From contig CAXHJY010001646.1 in NCBI GenBank assembly GCA_964016885.1, positions 9,130 through 73,129 of the forward strand: 64,000 nt of DNA. Direction: 5' to 3'. Position numbers and translations under genes: made by a program. The notes below the pieces were generated by a model. It worked only from the letters and a program-made list of their open reading frames with translations, was not told where the DNA came from and ran no database searches. Positions 26,075 through 39,632 of this stretch are shown here, piece after piece. Numbering within the stretch: position 1 is the first letter of the stretch; each line of letters begins with the position of its first letter. This stretch comes from Eledone cirrhosa. Lineage: Eukaryota.

Positions 26075-26775
26075 GAGAGGGAGCAAGAGAGTGAACGGTA
26101 AAGAGAGATGTAGAAGAGAGAGAGGTGGGACGGTAGAGAGGGGGGGAGCAAGAGAAAGAGGTGGGACGGTAGAGAGGGGGGAGCAAGAGAGAGAGGTGGG
26201 ACGGTAGAGAGGGTGGGAGCAAGAGAGAGAGAACGGTAGAGAGAGAGGTGGGACGTTAGAGAGGGCGGGAGCAAGAGAGAAAGAACGGTAGAGAGAGAGA
26301 GAGGTGGGACGGTAGGAGAGAGGTGGAACGGTGAAGAGGGAGTGAGCAAGAGAGAACGGTAGAGAGAGATGTAGAAGAGAGAGAGAGAGGTGGGACGGTA
26401 GAGAGGGAGTGAGCGAGAGAGAACGGTAGGGAGTGAGCGAGAGAGAACGGTAGAGAGGGAGTGAGCAAGAGAGAGAACGGTAGAAAGAGATGTAGAAAGA
26501 AAGAGAGAGAGAGAGAGAGAGAGGTGGGACGGTAGAGAGAGATCTAGAAGAGAGAGAGAGATGTAGAAGAGAGATGTAGGAGAGAGAGGTGGGACGGTAG
26601 AGAGGGAGGGAGTAAGAGAGAACGGTAGAGAGAGAGAGAGGTGGGACGGTAGAGAGGGAGTGAGCAAGAGAGAGAACGGTAGAGAGAGATGTAGAAGAGA
26701 GAGAGAGAGATGTAGAAGAGAGAGAGGTGGGACGGTAGAGAGGGAGTGAGCAAGAGAGAGACCGGTAGAGATAGA
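26075..26775. repeat. Purine-rich complex minisatellite (gagaggtgggacggtagagag / gagcaagagag / gatgtagaagag modules)
   Basis: Direct reading. Confidence 0.9.
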
Positions 26776-27224
26776 TAGAGTATTAGAGGCGTACAAGGGG
26801 AAGGAGGTAAGTAGCTAGTGTTAGAGAGACAGTGAGAGATAGAGAGACAGTGAGAGATAGAGAGGGGAAGAGAGAAAGAGAGAGTAAAAAAGGGAATGGG
26901 AGGAGGAGGAAAGGACTCCAGGAAACTCAGTAGAAAACAATGGAAGGTTTACTTACGATGATTTAACATATATTCTCTATTTTTAACTACACAGGCAGAC
27001 AGGCAGACAGACAGATACACATAGTACATACTGTCAGCGGCAGATACGTACATACATACACAAACACACCTACACACATAGCCAGACATACACACACACA
27101 AACACATGGATAGACAGACAAACACGCATACAAACACATAGACAGACAGGCAGTCACACATACACACACAAACACACGGATAGACAGACAAACACACATA
27201 CATATATACAGAGACAGAAACTCA

Positions 27225-27655
27225 TATTTTACATATTATACACCCATAACAGCTTTCATACATATTTTACATTTATACACCCATAACAGCTTTCATGTAT
27301 TTTACAATTTATACACCCATGACAACTTTCATACATATTTTACAATTTATACACCAGTGACACAATATTATATATAGTCAACAGTTTATACATTTATCAT
27401 CACATGACTTATTTTACAATTTATACACCCATGGCATAGCTTTCACATATTTTACAATTTAGACACCCATGATAGTATTCATATATTTTAACAATCTATA
27501 CATCCAACATCCACACATGACTCACATATTTTACAAATATACAGCCATGACATAGCTTTTATATATATTTTACAATTATATACCCATGATATGGTTTTCA
27601 TATATATATATAAGCTTTTATATAAATTTTACAATTATACACCCATGATATGGTT
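27225..27655. repeat. Degenerate ~35-40 bp tandem repeat (ttttacaatttatacacccatga...)
   Basis: The motif recurs about 10 times. Confidence 0.8.
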
Positions 27656-27877
27656 TATATATATATATATATATATATCACAATTAGCTCTGCGACCCAG
27701 CTGGTAATGCCAGGAAACAGACAGTTCAAGTGTCACATCTTTGAACAGTGCCTGAAAAACAAAAGCAGGTCTGAAAAGTTACCTGTGTGCGCATAATCGC
27801 GCCATGTTCAATTAAGAGATGGCATTCCTCTGATGAGAAGTTGCAATCTCTCTTTCTGCATATATATACATACATAT

Positions 27878-27928
<51 letters not shown>

Positions 27929-27930
<2 letters not shown>

Positions 27931-28396
27931 AAGGTTAAACAAGGTTCAATGAATAAATCAAAGACTAAGTTTTACAATAGATTGGAAGCACTCAACAGTG
28001 TGGGTTTTCCGGAGTTATTAATATTAATTCAAAATATTAACAAAAATAGACATTCATGTGATTAAGTATATTTTATTATACATATTTCAGAGGTACTGAG
28101 CTATCTTCAACAGTACGTCCTCATCAGATAAAATAAGATGATGCATGACATACCCTGACTTAGTAGATAGTTAAGATTCAGTCATGGTAGTGACTACCAT
28201 GACTGATGGTTAAGATTCAGTCATGACTACCATGACTGAATCTTAACTATCTACTAAGTCAGGGTATGTCATGCATCATCTTATTTTATCTGATGAGGAC
28301 GTACTGTTGAAGATAGCTCAGTACCTCTGAAATATGTATAATAAAATATACTTGATCACACGAATGTCTATTTTTGTTAATATTTTGAATTAATAT
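27929..28396. mobile_element. Fold-back Penelope-like element with hammerheads at 28069-28135 (-) and 28282-28348 (+)
   Basis: ~170-bp near-perfect inverted arms (28021-28191 and ~28225-28396). Motif tattttat-CUGAUGA-stem II gtactg/cagtac-GAAA-tatgta-UA-ataaaata. Flanked by (AT)n. Confidence 0.82.
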
Positions 28397-28640
28397 ATAT
28401 ATATATATATATATACAGAGAGAGAGTGGTAAGAAACCAGGTGGACCATAACGCACCAGAGTACTTGATACTTAGGGTAGTAGAGTGGGTAAAGATTAAG
28501 GACCCCGACGGCTGAGTTCCGGCTGTTTCGACAGCTAGAATCTTTTCATATTACCTACTCTACTACCCCAAGTATCAAGTACTCTGGTGAATAATGGTCT
28601 AGCTAGTTTTTACCACATCCAATCTGATATATATATATAA

Positions 28641-28981
28641 TGGAGGCACATGGCTTAGTGGTTAGAGCATTGGCCTTGCAATCGAAAGGTTGTGAGTTCA
28701 ATTCTCAGACCGGGTGATGTGTTGTTTCCTTGAGCAAGACACTTTATTTCACATTGCTCCAGTTTACTCAGCTGTAGAAATGAGATGATAGGGACTGGGG
28801 TCCCTATCATTCCACTGCAAAGTGGTCGTGTAGGTGCCACGGCAAAAAAGCACCCAGCACTCACTGTAAATGAGGTTGGTGTTAGGAAGGGCATCCAGCT
28901 GTAGAAATCAAGCCAGAATCAGTTCCCGTCCCACCCTTGCCAGCAGGGAAAAGCGGACGTAAAATGATGATGATGATGATA
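28641..28981 (+). mobile_element. tRNA-derived SINE family B (CORE-like central domain, RTE-like 3' tail), full length
   Basis: A box tggcttagtgg, B box gagttcaattc, central ccttgagcaagacact. Tail ggttggtgttaggaagggcatccagc...cggacgtaaaatgatgat is shared with the RTE LINE 3' ends. Confidence 0.9.
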
Positions 28982-29430
28982 TATATATTAGAGGTGCAAA
29001 TTAATTGCATCCGTAGGCGGAATGCCAAGATGAGCACTCGATGCTTGTGGGAAGCAGAGTATCAATAATTGTTTCTACTTTTGGCACAAGGCCAGCAATT
29101 ATTCCAGTGTATTACTGGTACTTTATTTTATCGACCCTGTAAGGATGAAAGGCAAAGTTAACCTCGGCGGGATTTGAACTCAGAATGGAAAGGGCCATAA
29201 CTATGTGTCAAAGCATGGCGTCTGACCCTCTACCCATACTGCCAATCCTCCGAACAGAGTATCAATAATAATAATATATAAGGGAACTAAAAAGCAGTGT
29301 TGCATCATATGCATATTTAATTACATATTACGTAGACGTGAGTCTACATGTGAACACATCTCTGAGGAGCTTCAGATTCCAGAGTCAAGATCGATCATTA
29401 ATCGAGCTGATCGACAGTGAAACATATGTA

Positions 29431-29771
29431 ATCATCATCATCATCATTTTTACGTCCGCTTTTCCCTGCTGGCAAGGGTGGGACGGGATCTGATTCTGGC
29501 TTTATTTCTACAGCTGGATGCCCTTCCTAACACCAACCTCATTTACAGTGAGTGCTGGGTGCTTTTTTGCCGTGACACCTCCACGACCACTTTGCAGTGG
29601 AATGATAGGGACCCCAGTCCCTATCATCTCATTTCTACAGCTGATTAAACTGGAGCAATGTGAAATAAAGTGTCTTGCTCAAGGAAACAACACATCACCT
29701 GGTCTGAGAATTGAACTCACAACCTTTCGATTGCAAGGCCAATGCTCTAACCACTAAGCCATGTGCCTCCA
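29431..29771 (-). mobile_element. SINE family B, full length, inverted relative to 28641-28981
   Basis: Near-identical reverse complement. Further copies at 44795-45010, 58339-58688 and 62428-62745, and a partial head at 12060-12185. Confidence 0.9.
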
Positions 29772-31415
29772 TGATGATGATGATGATGATCATCATCATC
29801 ATCATCGTTTAACGTCCGTGTTCCACGCTTGCATGGGTTTGGACGGGAGTTTTCCCACTTGAGGCAAGAGTGGTTGTCTTGCTCGCATAGGACTATCTGG
29901 CGGGTTTTCTACAGTTGGATGCCCTTCCTAACACCAACCACATTTACAGTGTGGGGCTGGGAGGTTTTTACCGTGTTGCCTACACGGCCACATTACAGCG
30001 TGGACTGTCTGGCAGATGATGTAATATGTAATTAAATATGTATATGATGCAACATTGATTCTTAGTTATCTATCTAGCTAACGAAGGAAGTGTAGTAAGG
30101 AACCAGGTGGACCATAACGCACCAGAGTACTCGATAGTTAGGGTAGTAGAGTGGGTAATAGGATGAGAGTCAGGGCACCGATGGCCGAGCTCCGGCCGTT
30201 TTGACAGCTACGTTGAAACGGCTGAAGCTCAGCCGTCGGGGTCCTGACTCTTTTTCTATCTATCTATATATATATTAGAGAGAGTCGGGGCCCACCGGCT
30301 GAGCTCTTCAAATTTCACCAAAAAAAAAACAGTGTGGTGCACAGAACAAAGGCAATGGAAAACGGACAGTCCCATCTCCTCAGTTAATCCCTGGAGATCA
30401 CCACAGATTCGAAGCTTTATATATATTAGTAATAGGAGAAGAAATAATTGTTTCTACTTTTGGCACAAGGCCAGCAATTACCCAGTGTATTACTGGTACT
30501 TTATTTTATCGACCCCATAAGGATGAAAGGCAAAGTTAACCTCGGCGGGATTTGAACTCAGAATGGCAAGGGCCGTAACTCTATGCGTCAAAGCATGGCG
30601 TCCGACCCTCTACCGATACTGCCAATCCACTGGCCATTATAGGAGAATAGGAGAAGAAATAATAGCAGTCCGTAATATTTTCTGACCCAGCTAGACTGGT
30701 GAAGATGAGGGAGAGAGAAGAAACTACAAAACACAGTTTGTTGAAAAATTCTATTTTGATATGCTAGAAATAGTAGCTCATTCTCCCTCAAGGCATATTG
30801 CATTATCTTATAAAAGGGGCATACAAGATACTGTGGTCCTGAGACTCCCTTCTTCCAAACACATATGAAAATTGATGAAATGGTCACATCTGGAAGATCT
30901 TTGATCATAGGTGTGCTTAATTGGGGCTGACCAGAGGATAAAGAACAACAATAGACTGTCACTACACAAGGAACAACAGGAAACAGCTACTCAGGGGATC
31001 AAATAAACTTCAGTCTGGAACACTCAAATTCTCTTGACACCTTACTGGAATGTTCTCAAGAACCAGGTGCTGACAACCTCTATCTTAAATTCACAACATT
31101 GGTCTTAACCTCACAACCTTAGCCCTAACCTCATAACCTAAATATCACTATAGCAACTGTAGTTTATAGACTACCACCCAAGGACCATGTGGTAGGGTTA
31201 AACCAAGTGACAGATTAAGCTTACCATTCAAGGGCCATGTGGTGATGTTAAACCAGATGACAGATTAAGTCTGCCATCCATGGGCTCAGATCACACTGGG
31301 GGCTTTGTAACAAATACCACAAGGCAGCTTGTCCAGTGTTGGGACAAATCTTTTCTCCATCCACTGCCCGGTACTGGTCCTACATTCTACTACTGACCAC
31401 GACAATTGAAGATAT

Positions 31416-31970
31416 AAGTTGAGATGAGCTGGGAATTGAACCTAGTACAAAGATAGAACCGGTGAAAACAACACATATAAGTTGAGATGAGCTGGGAATT
31501 GAAACTAGTACAAAGATAGAACCAGTGAAGATAACACATATAAGTTGAGATGAGCTGGGAATTGAACCTAGTACAAAGATAGAACCGGTGAAGACAACAT
31601 ATATAAGTTGAGATGAGCTGGGAATTGAACTTTGTACAAAGATATAACCAATGAAGACAACAGAAAAGTTGAGAACAGCTGGGGATTGAACCTTGTACAA
31701 AGATATAACCAATGAAGACAACAGAAAAGTTGAGAACAGCTGGGGATTGAACCTTGTACTGAGATATAACCAGTGAGGACAACATATATAAGTTGAGATG
31801 AGCTGGGAATTGAACCTAGTATAGAGATATAACCAGTGAAGACAACAGAAAAGTTGAGATGAGCTGGGAATTGAACCTAGTACAGGGATATAACCAGTGA
31901 AGACAACAGAAAAGTTGAGATGAGCTGGGAATTGAACCTAGTACAGGGATATAACCAGTGAAGACAACAT
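31416..31970. repeat. 61-63 bp tandem repeat, ~9 copies, derived from a SINE head
   Basis: Unit aagttgagatgagctgggaattgaacctagtacaaagatataaccagtgaagacaac. On the minus strand each unit contains ggttcaattccc. Confidence 0.88.
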
Positions 31971-34900
31971 ACAAAAGCTGTCTCAGCCTCTCAAGTAAAT
32001 GAAATGTCATGTAAATATCCTTCTAACTGGGTGGGGTGGGAGTTAGGGGGATGGCGGAGTGGGGAGGATGGGGACTTGTGTCACTCCCCCTCCTCCTTCC
32101 ATGAAACTGCTGCACCTCTTCCTCACGTGACCTGCTGACCTTTTTTTTTAAGAACAGCCTAAATACCTACCACACACATACACACACACTCCATTCTTTC
32201 TTCCTCTTTGTCTTCTCTTCTCCTCCCTTCTCTCTTCTCTTCCATTACCCTCTCTTACCACCACCACCACCACTACTATCACCACCGCCATCACCATGGT
32301 CACCCCACCACCATCACTATGAACCCCTCCCCCCTATCACCATCATCACTATGAACACCCCCATCACTTCCACTATGGCATCCACCAACTCCACCTCCAC
32401 CACCCTCTTGTCTTTTAATGTTAACTTGAAATATGTTTTGTTTTGTTATTTTTTCTTACATATTTTCGTTTTATTTTTCTTCTTTAAATGTTTTTTTGTT
32501 ATTTTTCTATTTTTTCTTCTTTTGTTTTAAATCTCAGTTTGTGTTCTTTTTTCCACTCAGAAAAAAAAACCCAGAAAAAGGTCAGTTAAAAACAAAAATC
32601 TTTGTTGAAAGGTCAATCTTTCATTTTGAAATGTTTCTAATATAAACCTTGCTAGGTTCTCTCCTCCTACCCAATGACAAATAAATAAATAAAAGACCTT
32701 GTGAGCAACTGACGGGAGGGGGGCAAAGGGAGCTTAACCCGTTTTTTTTAAAAAATCATCCCTCATCCTGGTTTTATGATACAAAACCTGTGTTTTAAAA
32801 TGCTTATATTTATCTAAAAACCTTCCATCATAACAGTTTTATGTAAGAACCTTTGTTAAGTTATGCTCCAAACACCAGCTTAATAATTCTTTAATTCTTT
32901 CTTACGGCATTGACCACAAAGGCCAGCAATTTGAGAGAAGGAGAAAGTTGATTATATCAATACCAGTTTCCTGATTGGTACTTTATTCTATTGACCCCGG
33001 AAAGATGAAAGGCAAAGTTGACCATGTCGGGATTTGAACTCAGAACATAAAGAGTTGGAACAAATACTGCAAAGCAATCTGATGGATGTTCTTACGATCC
33101 TGCCAAGCCACACCCCTCACAGCTTAATAATTGTTTCTATTTTTGGCACAAGGCCAGCAATTATCCCAGTGTATTACTGGTACTTTATTTTATCGACCCC
33201 ATAAGGATGAAAGGCAAAGTTAACCTCGGCAGGATTTGAACTCAGACCACAAAGGGCCATAACTCTATGCTGAAAAGCATGGTGTATGACGCTCTACTGA
33301 TACTGCCAATCCACCGCCTCCTAATAATGCTCAATAATGAAAAACGTTAATTAGATTAGTAAATCTTTCTCAATTCTTCATTAATTTCCAGATTATTTGA
33401 AAATCATAGGCAGTATCTTTGATTTGAAATATAGTAAATAAAAGGTTAGGTGGTGAATTGACAGAGTTGTTAGAACATTAGACAGAGTGCTTTGTGATAT
33501 TCGTTCTGACTCGATTCTCTCTGTTCAAATCCTGCCTTTCATCCATTCAAGGTCGATAAAAAAAAGTAGCAGTCTAGTACTGGAGTCGATTCTTCCTCTA
33601 TATCTTTTTCCAGCTTCCATTCTATCACTGTCCTTCTCTGGAAGAAATCTGCTGTACTTAGACCTAGAGAGGAGATGGGCTCTGCCAGGTTTAAAAAATG
33701 CCCTATAAAAACTGTATGTCAATATGGTGCCCTTACAACTCCATATATATATAAAAGGTAAACAGAAATAACAACACAATCGGTACAGTATATGGAAGGG
33801 ATATATTAGATTAACACTTGATATAGCAGCAGGGGGGGGGGGGGGGTCTTAACGTTTCGGATGCTAGTCCTTCAGCAGAAGAAAGAATGAGAAATAAGAT
33901 AGATTGAGGGGACAGTCGGGTTGGAATTGGAAAGAATGTCTTTAGATAAAAATAACAGGTCCAGGGAAAAAGTTTATAAAGTCCTGACAATGGATAAATT
34001 GAAATGATAGAGAAAGGAGGTTTCCTAGATGGATGAATAACTGGCTGCCGTTGGAATAGTTTTAAATATATTTTGTTAGGAAATTTGAGAGTAATATTGT
34101 ATCAATGTGTGTCAATATATTAATTGCATTTGCTGTAAATACATAAAACTTAATACAAAAGAAATATAACTATTGTCTGAACAGCACATTTAGTTAATGT
34201 TAATGTTGGTTCAAGTTTCAAAGAAGCTACATTCTTTAAATTTTACTCTTTCTCTCTCTCTCTTTCCCTGCATCTCTCTCACTCTTGGCATGTCTCTCTC
34301 TCATTCCCCTTTCTATTATATTTTCTCTCTCTTTTTTGTTTTTCTCTGCCCTATTATACATCATCTGTCTCTTAGCACAACAGCAGAACATCTATGAGGA
34401 ACAGGAAGAGAGGGTATGTTAGTAAAGTCATATGAGTGAGAGGTTTAAAAAAAGTTTAAAGTCTATCTTGAACCTGGTGGCTCATCAGGCTAATGCGTAT
34501 CCCAGTTTCTGTAATGACTGAGAGTACTAGACTTCCCCTGCATAGGAGGCCAGTCCATTGCAGCTATTGCCGATATTCATTTTCAACTGAGTATACTGGA
34601 GCAACATGAAATGAAGTGTTTTTGCTCAAGAACACATCACACAAACTCCATACTTAACATGGGGTCCTTTTGGAGGAAACAAATGCACACAGAAAAACAG
34701 TTACTTAACACAAACAGATAACTACATATGTATCTACCTCATCAGCCACCTTAGTGGCATGCAATTAAAGGTCCACAATATGGGAAAGAGACTAAGTACA
34801 TTGTGTATATATATATATATAACGAAGGAGTTGTGGTAAGGAACCAGGTGGACCATAACACACCAGAGTACTCAATACTTAGGGTAGTAGAGTGGGTAAT

Positions 34901-35144
34901 AAGAAAAAGTATGACCCCGACGGCAGAGCTCAAGCTGTTTCGATGGCTATTTCTGGACTGAGTCCAGAAATAGCCGTCGAAACAGCTTGAGCTCTGCCGG
35001 CGGGGGTCATACTTTTTCCTATATATATATATATATATATATAATTGGACGTAAAATGGTGATCGTGACGATGATGATTATATATATATATATATAATTG
35101 GACGTAAAATGGTGATGGTGACGATGATGATGATGATTATATAT

Positions 35145-35179
<35 letters not shown>

Positions 35180-35489
35180 TGTATGACAGTGAATCAGTGC
35201 AGTGAAGACATCTAGTCTACATGTCTATGGAACAATCATATTTATATACAGGTAGGAATAGGGAGAGACAGGGATGGGGAAGTTATTTAGGTCTCTCTCA
35301 CCACAGGTAGGTCTCTCTCACATTACAGGTAGAAAGAAGAGTGACAATGAGGATAACATTATTATTATTTATTTAATAACTAATAGTAAGTCAATTAATA
35401 AGAGGCTACAGAACACCTTTTATCCAACCTGCAAACCAATAATTAGCTACCTGGGCTCCAAACAGCTAAATAAGGTAGGTTTAAGTTCC

Positions 35490-36258
35490 TTTGCATTCTG
35501 AGCTCAAATCTCACCGAGGTTAGCCTTGCCTTTCATTTTTACTGGGTTGAAAAAATAAAATACCAGTAATGCATTGGGGTCATTAAAATAAAATACCCGT
35601 AATGCACTGGGGTCAATTTAATTAAATTTCCCTTCCACCCCAAATTGTTGGCCTTGTGCCTAAATCAAAAACTATTATTTTGAGAGTGGTGGATTGGCAG
35701 AGCATTAGACAACATGCTTTATGGATTAAAATGTTGGCCCTTTACATTCTGAGTTCAAATCCTGCTGAGGTTAACTTTAGCTTTGTCTTTCATCTTTACC
35801 GGGTTGACAAAATAAAATACCAGTTATGAACTGGGGTCCCCTCCCCAAAATTGTTGCCTTGTGCCTAAAATCATAACTCATGGCAGTATCTGTAGAGGGC
35901 CGGACGCCATGCTTTCCAGCACAGTTACGTCCCTTTACGATCTGAGTTCAAATCCCGCCGAGGTTAACTTTGCCTTTCATCCTTACGGGGTCGATAAAAT
36001 AAAGTACCAGTAATGCACTGGGGTAATTGCTGGCCTTGTGCCTAAAGTAGAAACAATTATTATTAATGGATTGATAGTATCGGTAGAGCGTCGGACACCC
36101 TGCTTCGCGGAATAGAGTTATGGCCCTTTACGTTCTAAGTTCAAATCCCGCCTCGGTTAGCTTTGCCTTTCATCCTTACAGGGTCGATAAAATAAAGTAC
36201 CAGTAATGCACTGGGGTAATTGCTGGCCTTGTGCCAAAAGTAGAAACAATTATTATTA
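35490..36258 (+). mobile_element. Head-to-tail cluster of four SINE family A copies
   Basis: gagttcaaatc...ttgcctttcatc...aaaataaa.taccag recurs at about 35500, 35750, 35945 and 36140. Confidence 0.88.
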
Positions 36259-36324
36259 TTGTTATTATTAAAGTTGCTGAAGCACAACAGAGAGAGGTGA
36301 GACTTGATCTAGAAATCAAAACAC

Positions 36325-38190
36325 CACCACACACACACATACACACAAACACACATACATACACACACACACACACACATACACACACACACACACACAC
36401 ACAAACACACACAAACACACATACAAACACACACATACACACACACACACACACACAAACACACATACACACATACATACACAAACACACACATACATAC
36501 ACAAAACACACACACACACAAACAAACACACACACATACATACACACAAACACATACATACACACACACATACATACACACACACACAAACACACACACA
36601 TACATACAAACACACACACTTAAGGTCAATGACAGACATTCAAGACTTCAGAAAAATGTGACAAATATATATATTGTTGTTGTTGTTTGCATTAATGCAT
36701 GGATATGAAACATTTAAAAACATTCACAAATACTAATTTATTTGTGTGTGTGTGTGTGTGTGTGAGAGTCTGTGTCTGTGTCTGTATGAGTGTGTCTGTG
36801 TGTCTGTGTCTGTGTGTATGTGTCTGTGTGTATGTGTCTGTGTGTCTGTGTCTGTGTGTATGTGTCTGTGTGTATGTGTCTGTGTGTATGTGTCTGTGTG
36901 TATGTGTGTGTGTCTGTGTGTCTGTGTCTGTGTGTGTGTATGTGTCTGTATGTCTCTGTATGTGTCTGTGTCTGTGTGTGTCTGTGTCTGTGTGTGTCTG
37001 TGTCTGTGTGTGTCTGTGTGTGTCTGTGTCTGTGTGTGTCTGTGTGTGTCTGTGTCTGTCTGTGTCTGTGTGTGTCTGTGTCTGTGTGTGTCTGTGTCTG
37101 TGTGTGTCTGTGTCTGTGTGTGTCTGTGTCTGTGTGTGTCTGTGTCTGTGTGTGTCTGTGTCTGTGTGTGTCTGTGTCTGTGTGTGTCTGTGTCTGTGTG
37201 TGTCTGTGTCTGTGTGTGTCTGTGTCTGTGTGTGTCTGTGTCTGTGTGTGTCTGTGTCTGTCTGTGTCTGTGTGTGTATGTGTCTGTGTGTGTATGTGTG
37301 TGTATGTGTGTGTATGTGTGTGTATGTGTGTGTATGTGTGTGTATGTGTGTGTCTGTCTGTCTGTGTCTCTGTCTGTCTGTGTCTCTGTCTGTCTGTGTA
37401 TGTGTCTGTGTGTCTGTCTGTCTGTGTATGTGTGTCTGTGTATGTGTCTGTCTGTGTATGTGTCTGTCTGTGTATGTGTCTGTCTGTGTATGTGTCTGTC
37501 TGTGTATGTGTCTGTCTGTGTATGTGTCTGTCTGTGTATGTGTCTGTCTGTGTATGTGTGTATGTGTGTGTATGTGTGTCTGTCTGTGTATGTGTGTCTG
37601 TCTGTGTATGTGTCTGTCTGTGTATGTGTCTGTCTGTGTATGTGTCTGTCTGTGTATGTGTCTGTCTGTGTATGTGTCTGTCTGTGTATGTGTCTGTCTG
37701 TGTATGTGTCTGTCTGTGTATGTGTCTGTCTGTGTATGTGTCTGTCTGTGTATGTGTCTGTCTGTGTATGTGTCTGTCTGTGTATGTGTCTGTCTGTGTA
37801 TGTGTCTGTCTGTGTATGTGTCTGTCTGTGTATGTGTCTGTCTGTGTATGTGTCTGTCTGTGTATGTGTCTGTCTGTGTATGTGTCTGTCTGTGTATGTG
37901 TCTGTCTGTGTATGTGTGTCTGTCTGTGTATGTGTCTGTCTGTCTGTGTATGTGTCTGTCTGTCTGTGTATGTGTCTGTCTGTCTGTGTATGTGTCTGTC
38001 TGTGTATGTGTCTGTCTGTGTATGTGTCTGTGTATGTGTCTGTGTGTCTGTCTGTGTGTGTGTGTGTATGTGTATGTGTCTGTGAGTGTGTGTGTGTCTC
38101 TCTCTGTCTGTGTGAGTGTCTGTGTGTGTGTGTGTGTGTCTCTGTGTCTGTGTGTGTGTCGGTGTCTGTGTGTGTGTGAGTGTGTGTGTA
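36325..38190. repeat. (CA)n-type tract (36325-36620) and a (TG/TGTC)n tract with 18-bp units tgtgtatgtgtctgtctg (36743-38190)
   Basis: Direct reading. Confidence 0.95.
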
Positions 38191-38232
38191 CATACAAACT
38201 TATAAAAAATTGTGGTGGCACACACGTATGTA

Positions 38233-38278
<46 letters not shown>

Positions 38279-38711
38279 TATACACATACATGCTCATAGA
38301 ATATATAAAATATGTGTATAATGACCTATACACATACATACATGGATACACACATGCACACACACACACATATGTATACACACAAACATACATACAAACA
38401 AACATGTACACACACACACACACACACAAGGTAATTAGCAGTGAAAAATAGCAATGTGGCATTATGCTATTGATTATATACACACTGGTTACCTACCAAT
38501 TCATATACACCACACATGCATACCTATACACACTGGCATCCATGCTGTTTTTGGTATTTACACACAAATATATATATATATACGTACATGCATACATATA
38601 TATATACATTCATATACATACATACATACACACATTCATATACATACATACACACACATATATATATATATTAAAACAACAACAGAAGGCCAGACTGGAG
38701 AATTTACTCTA

Positions 38712-38761
<50 letters not shown>

Positions 38762-38774
38762 CATACACGCACAA

Positions 38775-38810
<36 letters not shown>

Positions 38811-39259
38811 GGAAAGTTATATTTAAATTGTTGGGTTACAACTAGTAAATATTTATAACTGATATAAAAGCACTCAACAAGTATTTGGAGTATATTTACG
38901 ATATTAAATAAATGGAAACTATATTTATAAAACCATATTTATTTCATTATATATATTTCAGGGATATCATATTAACAATATGTTATGCCTTCCTCAGACA
39001 AAATACAATATAGACAGTTTTATAGATAAATAGATTTGACATACCGTTCAACATCGACTTGTATTTGAAAAAACTGCCAAATCAACTTTTTCAAATACAA
39101 GTCGATGTTGAACGGTATGTCAAATCTATTTATCTATAAAACTGTCTATATTGTATTTTGTCTGAGGAAGGCATAACATATTGTTAATATGATATCCCTG
39201 AAATATATATAATGAAATAAATATGGTTTTATAAATATAGTTTCCATTTATTTAATATC

Positions 39260-39262
<3 letters not shown>
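38811..39262. mobile_element. Fold-back Penelope-like element with hammerheads at 38941-39004 (-) and 39155-39218 (+)
   Basis: ~176-bp perfect inverted arms (38897-39072 and 39087-39262). Motif attttgt-CUGAGGA-stem II-GAAA-tatata-UA-atgaaat. Related to 11832-11935. Confidence 0.82.
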
Positions 39263-39299
<37 letters not shown>

Positions 39300-39632
39300 G
39301 GATCTATATATATACATAATTCATATACATACACAGACATAAGCACACACATAGCCCGAACTACAGAATTTTGGTTGAATATTGACCTAGAAATAAATGA
39401 AGAAAAATTTACATATTTAAAAAAAAAAATTATGTAAATAAGAATCAGATCTTTGGCCTGTCTGGGAGGTCAGTCTCGCTTCAGCACCGACTTGGTCTAC
39501 TTATACCTGTCCAACCCTTGCTAGCAGGGAAAGCAGATGTTAAAGCAATGATGATGATGATGATGATGATAGATATCCTAGGTCCCTTTTAAGTAATGTG
39601 GTGACCAACAGTAAACGAACGAATTCTAAATA

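Noticed and set aside
27815-27851. CTGATGA within a small hairpin
   Set aside because: No correctly placed GAAA or stem III, so it is not called a hammerhead.
28641-28712. tRNA gene
   Set aside because: The tRNA-like head continues into a multicopy SINE body and tail, so it is not a stand-alone tRNA.
34376-34413. Possible plus-strand micro-exon (ttag...QQQNIYEEQEER...gtatgt)
   Set aside because: No recognisable homology or partner exons. Such signals arise by chance next to CT-rich tracts.
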